This document shows positions 10,818 through 25,200 of a DNA stretch of 64,000 nt, one piece after another. The position numbers and the translations under genes are program-made. Under the pieces are notes generated by a model, which was given only the letters and a program-made list of their open reading frames with translations, did no database searches and was not told the origin of the DNA. Source of the DNA: Haplodiscus bocki. Taxonomy: Eukaryota. The DNA is taken from the NCBI GenBank assembly GCA_965655095.1, contig OZ296656.1, positions 39,742,001-39,806,000 on the forward strand, written 5' to 3'. Positions within the stretch are counted from its first letter, which is position 1, and every line of letters starts with the position of its first letter.

Positions 10818-13239
10818 CGAAGCGCAATCGCACTGGAATCGTTTCCCACAAGGCCGTACGGGATTGATAAATTGAACAAACAACAAATTTTCATGGCAGA
10901 GAAACCAGCTCTTGAGATAGAAAAGGTGTCATTGGAGATCCTGATGGAACAATTCAAGTCAATCTCAGGAGTAAAACCGGAGATTTTTTAGTGTGAGAGT
11001 CGTGTTGTAGTATGAAAGCCTCATCTTAAGACTTCATAAAAAAAAAAATCAAAATTGTTGATTTTGGTGGGGATGATTTGAAAAATAGAGATTTGTCCGA
11101 ACTAAGCTCACCTGTGCCGCTTTTGGCCTATCAAGATTTCAATTCCGGTGTGGAAATCATATTTTGAAATGTTTAGAAACGAACACTTCGTTTTAGGTAT
11201 AAATCCCTCGAGATTGACACCCTGATGGAAACAAAATGAGTTAAGTAGATTTGGTAAATTATAAGTTTGGATATCGAGATGCTTCTAGACTAAAAGCACT
11301 TTCTGGCATTTCCGGTCCGTCTAGATTCCACAAAAGGTTACAAACTCAACAATTTCCTGATCAAATGTTATAATTCAAGTTGGAAGCATTAGGTTGAGAC
11401 TTTGAGAAAGGATATAAACTTGGTTGTTGTGATAGAGACCGTGTTAGAAAATTGAGAAGACTCCTTGTTTAGAAACAGTTCTTGACTTTTTTGGATTATC
11501 AAAAGTCAAATGGAATCAGCGGATAAAACAGTTGTTACTAAAAAAGCCTCAAACGCAAAAACGTTTCTACTACGACTTTGGGGGAAGAAATTAAAACCTG
11601 TAGTTCCGGAATCAGATGGTTTATAATGACCAAAAAAATCAAAAGTGATAGCAAATTTTTGAACTTTCGAAGTATCAAGTTTCTGATGCCAAGAGAAAAA
11701 TCAACTTTGACTGGCCAATCAACCTCCAAAAGTTTAAAGTTATCGGCAGACACCAAGATGAATTATAGCAAGTCTCTAATTACGGGAAATTGATAGTTTC
11801 AAAATGGAGATTCAACAATAAAAACATTTATTTTTTGGGATGTCGGATTGTCAATCTTCCAATTCAAAGATCAGAATACACAATATTTTCATCGAGATTT
11901 TTCTTCGACTAAAAGATTTTTGAATGAAACCTGGACAGAAGAACTGAAATCTGTAGTTATGGATGAGAATTCATATTGAGTTTGAAAAATGAGAAAAAAT
12001 ATCGCTGGGAAGTTTTCTTGAAAATTTCGGACTATCAGGATGATGATGCAATGAACAAAATCAAGAGTTTCTTACCTCAACACTCCTGTAAAGCAATCAC
12101 GTAAGAAGTTGAGAACTTGATGCAGGACTTGCAACTCGCAAAATCTGTGGATTACATGTTTGAATAGCGAGGGAGTTCAAAAAAACACCTTTTGGGAGTT
12201 TTGGACTGTCAAGTCACTAATGTTCTAACCACAGATAAACAATTCAACTATCGAAAAACTCTCCACAAGTGGACAGTTTCTGAGTCCGACCCTGATGGAT
12301 TAATATAATTTTATAAAGCTTTTTTTGAAAACTTCTGACTAACAGGATTCTGATGCAATGATCAAGAATAACAGTTTTTCACATGAATACTTTTCTACAA
12401 GAATCATACATTAGAATGAAAACTTCACGCGGCGATTCGAACCGGTAAGGTTTGAGGAATACATGTGTGAATAACGGGCGAAATCAATAAAAACAGCACC
12501 TTTCGAAACATTTGGATTGTAAAGATTCTTTTAAAACTAACAAACACAAACAATTCTATCATAGAAAGGCTCTTTTCATCTGTACATTTTCCGATTCGGA
12601 ACCTGTTGGAAGAAAAGTTAACGTTGGAAAGTGTTCTTTGGAACATTCTCCCTGTCAGTATTCTGAGGCAAGAAAGAAAAGACAATGTTTTTTTCGACTA
12701 CTTGTCTACAAATTCTCTGTTTTCGATTGAGATCTTGATGGGAGAAAATGAACATGTAGTGGTTGAGAAATGAGAGCTTGAATATCGATTCATTTGAAAA
12801 AAAAGCTTCTTTTGGTACATTTGGACTGTCACAAATCTGCTGAATGGATCGAAACAAAAAATTCTGTACTTGAATTGTCTGCCAGAAATGGAATGTCTCC
12901 GATGGAGACCTTGGTTGAAGAGCGCATAACTGTTGTTGATGTTAAATATGAGTTTTTATTTGGAGACACATGATTATTACTAAACAATTTCTCATTTTGC
13001 TGACTATGGGGATTTTGACGGGAGGAAAAGACGAACTTTTTCCAGAAAAATTGTTCACCACCAGCAGAAAGCATCCGATTGTGAACTAGATGAAAGATTT
13101 GAACGCGAACTTTTGCGGAAAAATGAGTTTCAAAATAAACGGAATTCGGTACTAGTTGCAATTTTTGGCAATGTCTCAATGTCGATATTACGATACGTTG
13201 TGAAGCAGCAGGCTCTTTTTCAAAAAAATCCCTTTTGTG
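9800..13239. repeat. AT-rich head block, copy 1 of 3
   Basis: Direct repeat of 25993-29369 (offset 16195, e.g. ORFs 10809/27004) and of 39298-42034 (offset 28840, ORFs 10809/39649). Confidence 0.95.
11960..12900 (+). pseudogene. Decayed ORF made of about three tandem ~310-bp (~103-codon) units, head copy 1
   Basis: TTGGA(C/T)TGT at 12201, 12512 and 12821; GATGCAATG/GAGGCAAG at 12045, 12352 and 12665; AAACAATTC at 12237 and 12548. Units align at protein level with conservative changes but contain stops and frameshifts. Confidence 0.6.
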
Positions 13240-16200
13240 CCTTGGCGAAAGAGCACGCAGAAAAAGCCCCTGCGATTGAGCGCACATAGATGGCCCTGCA
13301 GAAAAGCGCGCACAAAAAGCTCCAGCTAAGAAGCACAAGGATAAAACCCCCGTGAAGTAGCGAACGGAAAAGACTCCGGCGAAAGAGCGCATCGAAAGAA
13401 TTTGGAAAAAGATTGCACGGAAAAAGTTCTTTTGAAGAAGCGCACGGAGAAAGATACTGCAAAAGAAAGCGTCAAAAAAGATTCTCGAATAGAGCGCCCG
13501 GATAAAGCCCACGCAAAAGAGCGCACGGGAAAGGCTCCGGCAAAAAAGCGCACGGAGGATGCACTGCAAAAGGCGTGCGGAAAAATCTCAAACGAATGAG
13601 CGCACGGAATATCCTCTTGCAAATAAACGCACGGAGAAAGCCCCTGGGAAAAAGTCCGTGGAAAAGTTTCCGCGAAAAGGCGCAGAGAAAAAGCCCCGGC
13701 GGAAAAGAGCAGCAAAACACCCGCGGATAAAAAACGCGCGGAAAGTGCTCCTACGAAGGTGCGCATGGAAAGAAACTCGTGCAGAATTTCGCGGGGAAAA
13801 ATCCGCGGCATTAGAGTGCACACAGAGTGCCCAGCAAAACACGGTGATCTTCTGTAAAAGCACGGTGCACGGTGAGGGCTCAAAAGAGAGAACGCAGAGA
13901 AAAACACCCGCAAAACAGCGCATGGAAAAAGACCGCAAAAAACCCCGGGAAAAATAACAGAAAACACCTACAAATGAGTGCACATAAACGGCCCTGCAAG
14001 AAAGCACGGAAAAACCTCAAGCCTCAAGTGTAGTAGTGCAGGGAAAAAGCCCCCGCGAAAGAGCGCAGACAGAGGACCCTGCAAAAAACGCGCTAAATTG
14101 GTTCAAACGAGAGAGCGCAAGCACAAAACCTCCGCGAAGAAGCGCGCAGAAATAGCCCTTGCCAAGGAACGCATGGAAAACACCCCGGGAAAAAAGTGCC
14201 CGGGGGAAGCCCCTGTGAAAAAGCCAACAGCGAAAGAGCCCGTGGAAAATGCCCATTCGAAAAAGTGCACGGAAATAAAGCCCCGCAGAAGAGCGTACTG
14301 AGAAACCCCCATAAAAAACCCATAGAAAAAGCACCTGTAAAAAAACACACAAAAAAGTCCTCACAAAAGAGCGCAGGTAAATTCGCTGCGAATGAGTGCA
14401 AAAATACGGCCATACGAAAAAACGCACGGAAAGGGCTCACGCGAAAAAGCGAAAGGCAAACGCCCTTCGCAAAAGCGCAGGGAAATCACCCGGCAAAAAG
14501 CGCACAGAAAAAACACTGCAAAAGAGCGCATGGAAATTGCCCAAGCGAATGAGTGCACAGAAACACAGCCACCGATGAAGAGTGCACGGAAAAAGTCCCT
14601 GCCAAAGAGCGTATTGAAAAATCCCCAGTGAAAACTGCATGGAAAAAGCCAGTGCGAAAAATTCCACTCGATAAAATCCACGGAAAAAGCACCTGTGAAA
14701 GAACGCACAACGAAATTCCTCACAAAAGGTCGCAGGTAGAATCTCCAGCGGAAGAGCGCAGTGAAAAAACTGCCAAAGAGCGCACTGAGAAGCTCTCGCA
14801 AAAAATCGAGCCGAAAAACACCTGCGAAACATTGCACTGAAAAATCCCTGCTAAAAAGAGCAGGGAAGAAACTTCCGTCAAGGAGAGCAAGAAAGTTACT
14901 GCGAAAGAGTGCACGGAAAATTTCCCGGCGAAAGAGCACTCACAGATAACGCAGGCGAAGGAGCGCTTGCGAAAAGCCCCGGCGAAAAAGCGCATGGATA
15001 AAATGATAATCCCCTGCCAAAGACCGCAGGGAGAAAGCCCCCGGGAAAAAATGAGCGCCAAAACAAACGCAAAAGATTGCACAGAAAAAAACCTGCAAAA
15101 AAACGCACGGGAGACGCCCCCACGGAAAAGCCCATGGAAAAACCCTTTTGAGAAAGCTCATGGAAAACTCCCCCATGAGAGAGCTCACTCAAGACGCCCC
15201 TGCGGAGAAATGCCGGGAAAAAAACGCTTGCAAAAAAGTGAAGGGAAGATACCCTTGTGAAAAAGCGCCTGGAAAAAGCCACTGCCTAGAAGCGTAGTAA
15301 AAAAGCACCCTGCAAGAAAATGCAAGGGTAAAACTGCCGTGAAACAGCGCAAGAAAATAAAACCGGTGAGAAAGCGCACCGAAAACACCCTTGCAAAAGA
15401 GTGCACAGAAAAAAAGCCCTTGTGAAAGAGCGCGCCGAACAAGGTCAAAAAAGGTCAACGAAAAAGTCCACGGAACAAGCTCCAATAAAGCGCGGGGAAT
15501 AGCCTCTGCGGAACGAGCGTACAAAAAAAAATGAACACTCTGGATCGCACTCGCAAAAACCTTATGAAGGAGGGCACGGAAAACGGCCACCTCGAAAGAG
15601 CACTCGGAAAAAGTTCCTGCAAAACAGAGCACGGAATATGCCCCAGCGAATTAAATCACATAGAAGGATTTGCAAAAAAGCGTTCAAAAAAGGCTCAAGT
15701 GAAAGATTGTTGAAAAAATCCCACGCGAAAGAGCACAAAGAAAACGCCGCTGCAAAAAACCACATGGAAAAAACCTCGTCGAACGAGCGCTCGGAAAAAA
15801 CTCAGCGAAAGAGCACACGTAACAAGCCCTTGGAAAAGAGTGCAAAAGGAAAGCTCTCGCGAAAGAGCAGATGGAAAAGACCCTGGTGAAAGAGTGCACC
15901 GATTGAGGGCACACAAAAAATACTGCAGGAAAGCACACTGCAAAAACCCTCGCAAAAAATTGCACGGAAAGAAACCCCTGCGAAAGAGCGCATGCAAAAA
16001 ACCACTGCAAAGAAGCGCACGGAAAAAATTCACGGGGATGAGCCCATGGACATCTCAGCTGCGAAAGACTGCACGCTAAAACACTCCCTCGAAAAAGGAA
16101 AAGATCTCCCCGCAAAAAAACTCTCGGAAAAAGCACTTGGGAAAAAGTGCACAAAAAATTCCCCCGCAAAAGAAAGTAGATAAAAAGTTCCTGCGAAAGA

Positions 16201-19200
16201 GCGCGCGGAGGAATCCCTTGTAACAGAGCGCTCGAAAAAAGCTAAGCGCAAAAGCGCACGGAAAAAGGCACTGCGAAAAAGCGTTAGGAAATAGCCCCAC
16301 GAAGGAGCTTATGGAACTCTCCTTTGCAAAAATGTGCAGGGCATAAGTGCCCCGTGAGAGAACCTGCCGAAAAGGCCACCGCGATGGAGCCCATTGAACT
16401 ATTCCTTGACAAAAAGTGCACGGTGGAAGCCCCGGAAAAAAGGCACCAAAAAGTTTCCGACGAGAGAGCGCATTGAAAACGACCCTGCGAAAAAGTAGAT
16501 TGAAACCGTCCATGCGAAAGAATGCACGGTGAAAATCTCTAGGAAAAAGCTCAAGGGAAAGTTCCTGCTAAAGAGCGCACACAGAATGGTTCTGTGGAAA
16601 AGTGCACGGAAGCAACGCTGAAAGAGTGCACCGGGAAAAACTCGGCAAAAAACCGCATGGAAAAACGACCCGCGAAAAAGCGCGGGAGATCACTTGAAAG
16701 AAGAGCGCTGGGTGTATGCCTCTGTGAAAAAGTGCACGGAAAGCGGCCCAGTGAAAAAGTGCCCGCAAAAATCCACTGCAAAAACACGCAGGGAAAAAGC
16801 CCTCGTGAAATAGCGCGCGGAAAAATCACTACGATGAAGCGCATGGAAAAAACCCCTGCTAAAAAGTGCAGTGAAAAAGTTACTGCAGAAGAGCGCACAG
16901 AAGGCCTGCACGACACGAGAGAACGCGTTGAAAACGCCCCAGCCAGAGAGTGCTTGGTAGAATCCCTTCCGACAGAGCTCAAGGAAAAACCTTTTGCAAG
17001 AAAACGCACAGGAGTAACTTTGCGAAGGAGCCCATTGAAATCGTCCGGGCGACAAATTGCCTGGAAGAAGTCGCCGGAAACGGACCGGAGAGAAAAGCTT
17101 TGCGGAAGAGCTTGCCAAAAAAGCTTCACGAAACATGGCACGAAAGGAAGCCACTGCTAAAAGGGCACGAAAAAAAACCTTGCAAAAAAGCGCACGCAAA
17201 AACTCACTGCAAAAAAGCGCCCGGAGGAGGCCCCTGGAGAAAGAATGCACCAAATAAAAAATCCCGCGGCAGAGCAATGAAAACTACCTTGCAAAAAAGT
17301 GCACGGGAAAAAAGCCCCGCGAAAAAGCTCACTGGACAAGCCGCTGCAAAGAAACACAGGGACACAAGAGCACCGAAGTTTCCTTGCTAACGAGTGCACT
17401 GAAGAGCCCCCCTAGAAAGGCCCTACAAAAAAACGTATCAAAAAAGTCTCACAGAAAAGCCCACGGAAAAAACACTTGGAAAAAAGGACACAAAAAGAAC
17501 GAGCCCCTGCGAAAGACCGCACGCGCAAGCCTATGCGGAGAAATACACGGAAAAATCCCCTGCAGAGAAGAGCACGGAAGAAGTCTATGCAAAAGAGCGC
17601 ACGCAGAAGATCACTGCAAAGCAGTGTACGGAAAATCCAGCGCTGGTGAACCCGTGGAAATTTATACTGCAACAGTGTGCGCGGGATAAAAGCTCTGAGA
17701 AACAGAGCACGGAACAAGCCCCTGCAAGAGAGGGCACATAATAATTTACTGCAAAAAAGCGCACGGAAACATCCATACGAAATAGCCCATGGAAATTTCC
17801 TCTGCCAAAGAGTGCACGGAGAAAGCCCCGGAGAAAAATGCACCAAAAAAACCCCCCGATGAAGCGCACTGAAAACGACCCTGCAAAAAACTTGGTGGAA
17901 ACCGTCCATGAGAGAGAATGCTTGGGGAAAAAGCCCAGGGCAAAAACCTTGCGAAAGAGCGCGCCGAGAGAACCCCCTCAGAAAACCTCACAGAAAAAAC
18001 AACTAATAAGTAGCCCACGAAGAAAAGCCATTACAAAGAGCGCACCAATAAATTGCCCGCAAGAAACGCTCGTAAACTCACCCTGCGAAAAAGCGCACGG
18101 CAAAAGCTCCCTGCGAAATAGGAGAATGAAAAAACCGCTGCAAGAAAAGGCTTGGAAGAAACCCTGGCAAAAAATTTCAAGGAAAATGTCCATGCCAATG
18201 AGTTCACGCAACATATACTAGTGAAAGAGCCCACGGGAAAAACCTAGCAAAAAAAGCGTGCGGGAATAGCCGCGCGATTGAGGGCACACAAAAACGTGTG
18301 CAGGAAAGCACACTGAAAAAACCTTATTGGAAAAAAACGCACGGAAAAACACCCCTGCGAAAGAGTGCATGCAAAAAACCACTGCAAAGTAGCGCACGGA
18401 AAAAGTTCATGGGGATGAGCTCATGGACAACTCCGCTGCAAAAGACTGCACGGTAAAACACTCCCTCGAAAAAGGAAAAAATCCACCTGCAAAAACACCA
18501 ACCGAAAAAGCACTTGCGAAAAAAAAGTACACGAAAAGTTCCCCTGCAAAAGAGAATAGATAAAAAGTTACTGCGAAAGAGCGCGCGCAAGAATCCCTCG
18601 TAACAGAGCGCTCGAATGAAGCTCAGCGCAAAAGCGCACGGAAAAATGCACTTCGAAAAAACGTTATGAAACAGCCCCCACGAAGGAGCTTATGGAACTC
18701 TCCACTGCAAAAAAGTGCAGGGTAAAAGTGCCCCGTGAGAGAACCTACCAAAAAAGCCACCGCGATGGAGCCCAATGAACTCTAACCTGACAAAAAGCGC
18801 ACGGAGGAAGCCCAGGAAAAAAGGGCAGCAAAAATTCTCCGACGAGAGAGCGCACTGAAAACGAACCTGCGAAAAAGTAGATTGAAACAGTCCATGCGAA
18901 AGAATACACGGTGAAAATCTCTAGGAAAAAGCTCAAGGTAAAATTCCTGCTAAAGAGCGCACAGAGAATGGTTCTGTGGAAAAGTGCATGGGAGCAACCT
19001 TAAAAAAACGCAATAAAACCACTGCAAAAGAGCGCACGGAAGTGGCTCCTGCAAAAAAACGCACGAAAAAAGTTCACGGGGATGAGCCCATAGATTTATC
19101 CGCTGCAAAAGAGTACACGGGAAAACGGTGCCACGAGTTAGAGCACGAAATTAGACGCCGCGAAAAAGCCCCTGTAACCTGTCGATGCCTAAAATCTCAC

Positions 19201-22200
19201 GGAATATGTCCCCGGGAATGATTGCACGGTAAAAACCTTGCAAAAGAGTATGCCGAGGAAGCTTCGCAAAAGAAGGCGCGGAAAAAAGGCCCTGCACAAT
19301 GGCACACGGCAAAAACCCCTGCGATATAGAGGTCACTGAAAAAGCCACTGCCAAGAGACACACGGACAATGCACCGCGAAAGCGTCCATGGAAATCGTCC
19401 ATGCTAACGAGTGCACAGAATAGGCCCCCGGGAAGGCCCTCTGAAAAAACGTACCGAGAAAACTTCACAGAAAAGCCCACGGAAAAAACACTTGGAAAAA
19501 AGGTCACAAAAAGGAGCGAGCGCCTGCGAAAGAGCTCACGGAAAAGCCTATGCGGAAAAACGCACAGAAGATGCCACGGCAGGAAAGCGCACGGAAGTAG
19601 CGCAAGCGAAAGAGTGCACGCAGAAAATCACAGCAAAGCAGCGTACGGAAAATCAAGCGCTGGTGAGCCCATGGAAATCTATGCTGCAAGAGTGTGCGCG
19701 GGATAAAAGCCCTGAGAAAGAGAGCACGGAGAAAGGCCTGCGAACTATCCCATGGTAATCTCCCCTGCCGAAGAGAGCAGAGAAAAAACCACTGCAAAAA
19801 AAGCGCAGGGAAAAAGCTCAGGGGGATGAGCCAATGGATATCTCCGCTGCAAAAAACTGCACGGTAAAACACTGCCTCGAAAAAAGAAAGAATCTACCCG
19901 CAAAAAAAACCACGGAAAAAGCACTTGCGAAAAAGTGCACAAAAAATTCCTCTGCAAAAGAGAGTAGATAAAAAGTTCCTGCCAAGGAGCGCGCGGAAGA
20001 ATCCCTCGTAACAGAGTGCTCGAAAAAAGCTCAGCGCAAAACCGCATGGAAAAAGGCACTGCGAAAAACCGTTAGGAAACAGCCCCAGCGAAGGAGCTTA
20101 TGGATATCTCCGTTGCAGAAAAGTGCATGATAAAGGCTCCCCAAGAGAGAGTGTACCGAAAAAGCCCCCGCGATGGAGCCCATTGAAATCTTCCCAGCAA
20201 AAAAGCGCACGGAGAAAGCCCCAGAAAAAATTGCACTAAAAAATCTCCAGCAAGAGAGGGCACTGAAAACGACCCTCCGAAAAATTGATGGAAACCGTCC
20301 ATGCGAAAGGTGCACAAGGGATGCCCCCGTGAAAAGCCCACGGGAAAATTCTTGTGAAGGAGAGTGCGGAAGAAGCTTTCTGAAAGCCGTCGTGAAAAAA
20401 ATCTCCTTCAAAAAAGCGCACTGCAAAAACTTCTGCGAAAGAGCGTGCCAAAAAAGCCACTGCAAAGAAGTGCACAGAAAAGGCTCCTGGGTATGAGCCG
20501 ACCGATATCTCCACTGCGAAAGAGTGCCGGAGAAGATAGCCCCACGAAAGAGAGCACGGAAAAAGCTGCGCGAAAAAGTCCAAAGGAAAAGCACATACAA
20601 AAAAGGCACGAAAAAAGACCCTACCAAAGAGTGCGGGTAAAAAGTTCCTGCGAAGAAACGCACAGACGAAACCCTCGCGAAAGAGCGCACAAAAAGCCCC
20701 CGCAAATGCTCCCATTGAAGTCTCCCCGGCAAAAAATTGCACGGAAATAGACCCGGAAGAAAATTGAACCAAAAATCCACCCCCGAGAGAGCGCACTGTA
20801 AACGAACCCGCGAAAGAGTCCATGGAAATCGTCCTTGCGGAAGTTTGCACGGAAGATGCACCGGGGAAAAACCAAACCCAAGGGAAAAGCCCTGCGAAAG
20901 AGCGTGCCAAAAAAGCTTTGCAAAAGAAAGCGCGGAAAAAAGGCCCTGCATAAGAAAGCGCAACGCAAAAACGCCTGCGATAGGGCGCCAGCAAAATTGA
21001 TCTGCCGGAAAGCGCACGGAGGAAAGCACTAAGTAAAACGCACGAAGAAGCTCCAGGGAAAGAGGGCACGCAAAAAACCGGTCCAAAGAAGCGCACGGAA
21101 AATGCTCCTGGGGATGAGCCCATAGATGCCTCCGTTGCGGAAGAGTGCCCGGGGAAACAGCCTCGCAAGAGACAGCACGGAAAAAGCCCCCGCAAAAAAT
21201 CGCTTGTAAGTTGTCCATGCAAAACAGTTCACAGAAGACGTCCCCAGGAAAGAGCCCATGGTAAAACAGATGCAAAGGAGCATGCAGAAGAAGCCCTGCG
21301 AAAGATGTTACGCAAAAGAGCTTCTACAAAAAAGTGCAAGAAAAAAGCCCCTGCGAAAGAGCTCATGAAAACCTCCGCTGCAAAAGAGTTCAAGAGATGA
21401 GAGACCCACGAAAGAGCGTACCAAAAAAGCCCGAGCGAAAGAGCCCATGGAAACCGTCCATGCGAAAAGATGAACGCAGGTGGCTCCAGAAAAAATGCGC
21501 CAAAAAGTTTCACGCGGGAGAGTGCTCTGAAAACGACCCTGCGAAAGGGTCCAGGGAAACCAACTATTCGAAATTTTGCACGGAAGTTGCACCGGTAAAA
21601 AAACCCATTGGAAAAGCCCTGCTCAAAAGCGCACCGCAAAGACCCCTGCGATAAGGCATCCGGAAAATGGTTCTGCGAAGACGCGCGCGGAAAATGCTCC
21701 TGGGGATGAGCCCATAGATGCCTCCGTTGCGGAAGAATGCCCGGGGAAACAGCCTCGCAAGAGACAGCACGGAAAAAGCCCCCGCAAAAAATCGCTTGTA
21801 AGTTGTCCATGCAAAACAGTTCACGGAAGACGTCCCCAAGAAAGAACCCATGGTAAAAGAGATGCAAAGGAGCATGCAGAAGAAGCCCTGCGAAAGATGT
21901 TACGCAAAAGAGCCTCTACAAAAAAGTGCAAGGAAAAAGCCCTTGCAAAAGAGCGCACGGAAATTGCCCCTGCGAACAAACGCACGCAAAGAAGTTCAAG
22001 GGGAAGCGCCCATGGACATGTCGGCTGCGAAAGAGTACACGGGAAAACACCACCACGAGTTAGAGCACGGAAATAGACGCCGCCAAAAAGCCCCTGTAAA
22101 CTGTCGATGCCTAAAAAACCACGGAATAGGTCCCCGGGAAGGCCCTCTGAAAAAAAGTACCGAAAAAACTTCACAGAAAAGCCCACGTAAAAAACACCTG

Positions 22201-25200
22201 GAAAAAAGGTCGCAAAAAAGAGCGAGCCCCTGCGAAAGAGCTCACGGAAAAGCCTTTGCGGAAAAACGCACAGAAAATGCCCCGGCAGGAAAGCTCACGG
22301 GGAAGTAGCGCAAGCGAAAGAGTGCACGCAGAAAATCACAGCAAAGCAGCGTACGGAAAATCAAGCGCTGGTGAGCCCATGGAAATCTATGCTGCAAGAG
22401 TGTGCGCGGGATAAAAGCCCTGAGAAAGAGAGCACGGAGAAAGGCCTGCGAACTATCCCATGGTAATCTCCCCTGCCGAAGAGAGCAGAGAAAAAACCAC
22501 TGCAAAAAAGCGCAGGGAAAAAGCTCAGGGGGATGAGCCAATGGATATCTCCGCTGCAAAAAACTGCACGGTAAAACACTGCCTCGAAAAAAGAAAGAAT
22601 CTACCCGCAAAAAAAACCACGGAAAAAGCACTTGCGAAAAAGTGCACAAAAAATTCCTCTGCAAAAGAGAGTAGATAAAAAGTTCCTGCCAAGGAGCGCG
22701 CGGAAGAATCCCTCGTAACAGAGTGCTCGAAAAAAGCTCAGCGCAAAACCGCATGGAAAAAGGCACTGCGAAAAACCGTTAGGAAACAGCCCCAGCGAAG
22801 GAGCTTATGGATATCTCCGTTGCAGAAAAGTGCATGATAAAGGCTCCCCAAGAGAGAGTGTACCGAAAAAGCCCCCGCGATGGAGCCCATTGAAATCTTC
22901 CCAGCAAAAAAGCGCACGGAGAAAGCCCCGGAAAAAATTGCACTAAAAAATCTCCAGCAAGAGAGGGCACTGAAAACGACCCTCCGAAAAATTGATGGAA
23001 ACCGTCCATGCGAAAGGTGCACAAGGGATGCCCCCGTGAAAAGCCCACGGGAAAATTCTTGCGAAGGAGAGTGCGGAAGAAGCTTTCTGAAAGCCGTCGT
23101 GAAAAAAATCTCCTTCAAAAAAGCGCACTGCAAAAACTTCTGCGAAAGAGCGTGCCAAAAAAGCCACTGCAAAGAAGTGCACAGAAAAGGCTCCTGGGTA
23201 TGAGCCGACCGATATCTCCACTGCGAAAGAGTGCCGGAGAAGATAGCCCCACGAAAGAGAGCACGGAAAAAGCTGCGCGAAAAAGTCCAAAGGAAAAGCA
23301 CATACAAAAAAGGCACGAAAAAAGACCCTACCAAAGAGTGCGGGTAAAAAGTTCCTGCGAAGAAACGCACAGACGAAACCCTCGCGAAAGAGCGCACAAA
23401 AAGCCCCCGCAAATGCTCCCATTGAAGTCTCCCCGGCAAAAAATTGCACGGAAATAGACCCGGAAGAAAATTGAACCAAAAATCCACCCCCGAGAGAGCG
23501 CACTGTAAACGAACCCGCGAAAGAGTCCATGGAAATCGTCCTTGCGGAAGTTTGCACGGAAGATGCACCGGGGAAAAACCAAACCCATGGGAAAAGCCCT
23601 GCGAAAGAGCGTGCCAAAAAAGTTTTGCAAAAGAAAGCGCGGAAAAAAGGCCCTGCATAAGAAAGCGCAACGCAAAAACGCCTGCGATAGGGCGCCAGCA
23701 AAATTGATCTGCCGGAAAGCGCACGGAGGAAAGCACTAAGTAAAACGCACGAAGAAGCTCCTGGGAAAGTGGGCACGCAAAAAACCGCTCCAAAGAAGCG
23801 CACGGAAAAAGCTCCTGAGGATGAGCCCATGGATACCTCCGTTGCGAAAGAGTGCCCGGGGAAACAGCCCCGCGAAGGAGAGCACGGAAAAAGCCCCCGC
23901 GAAAAATTCCATGAAAATTGTGCGTCCATGCCAGAGAGTTCACGGAAGATGTCCCCAAGAAAGAACCCATGGTAAAAGAGATGCGAGGGAGCATGCAGAA
24001 GAAGCCCTGCGAAAAATGTTACGCAAAAGAGCCTTTACAAAAAAGTGCAAGAAAAAAGCCCCTGCGAAAGAGCTCATGAAAACCTCCACTGCAAAAGAGT
24101 GCAAGAGATGAGAGACCCACGAAAGGGCGTATCAAAAAAGCCCGAGCGAAATTGCCCATGGAAACCATCTATGCGAAAAGATGAACGCAGGTGGCCCCAG
24201 AAAAAATGCGCCAAAAGTTTCACGCGGGAGAGCGCTCTGAAAACGACCCTGCGAAATGGTCCATGGAAACCAACTATTCGAAATTTTGAACTGAAGTTGC
24301 ACCGGTAAAAAAACCCATTGGAAAAGCCCTGCTCAAAAGCGCACCGCAAAGACCCATGCGATAAGGCATCCGGAAAATGGTTCTGCGAAGAGGCGCGCGG
24401 AAAATGCTCCTGGGGATGAGCCCATAGATGCCTCCGTTGCGGAAGAATGCCCGGAGAAACAGCCTCGCAAGAGACAGCACGGAAAAAGCCCCCGCAAAAA
24501 ACCCCTTGTAAGTTGTCCATGCGAAACAGTTCACGGAAGACGTCCCCAAGAAAGAACCCATGGTAAAAGAGATGCAAAGGAGTATGCAGAAGAAGCCCTG
24601 CGAAAGATGTTACGCAAAAGAGCCTCTACAAAAAAGTGCAAGGAAAAAGCCCTTGCAAAAGAGCGCACGGAAATTGCCCCTGCGAACAAACGCACGCAAA
24701 AAAGTTCAAGGGGAAGCGCCCATGGACATGTCGGCTGCGAAAGAGTACACGGGAAAACACCACCACGAGTTAGAGCACGGAAATAGACGCCGCCAAAAAG
24801 CCCCTGTAAACTGTCGATGCCTAAAAAACCACGGAATAGGTCCCCGGGAATGATTGCACGGTAAAAACCTTGCGAAAGAGTATGCCGAGGAAGCTTCGCA
24901 AAAGAAGGCGCGGAAAAAAAGGCCCTGCACAATGGCACACGGCAAAAACCTATGCGATAGAGGTCACTGAAAAAGCCACTGCCAAGAGACACACGGACAA
25001 TGCACCGCGAAAGCGTCCATGGAAATCGTCCATGCTAACGAGTGCACAGAATAGGCCCCCGGGAAGGCCCTCTGAAAAAACGTACCGAGAAAACTTCACA
25101 GAAAAGCCCACGGAAAAAACACTTGGAAAAAAGGTCACAAAAATGAGCGAGCGCCTGCGAAAGAGCTCACGGAAAAGCCTATGCGGAAAAACGCTCAGAA

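Noticed and set aside
10809-11793. Small ORFs conserved across head copies (10809/27004/39649; 11578/27769)
   Set aside because: Conservation is explained by recent duplication. The 10809 ATG lies within the end of the interspersed-repeat arm, and the 11578 ORF is disrupted in copy 3.
18976-19221. PxDLS-like (CtBP-binding) peptides DEPIDLS/DEPMDIS in satellite translations
   Set aside because: Just a monomer variant (GATGAGCCCATGGATATCTCC) in DNA with no evidence of translation.
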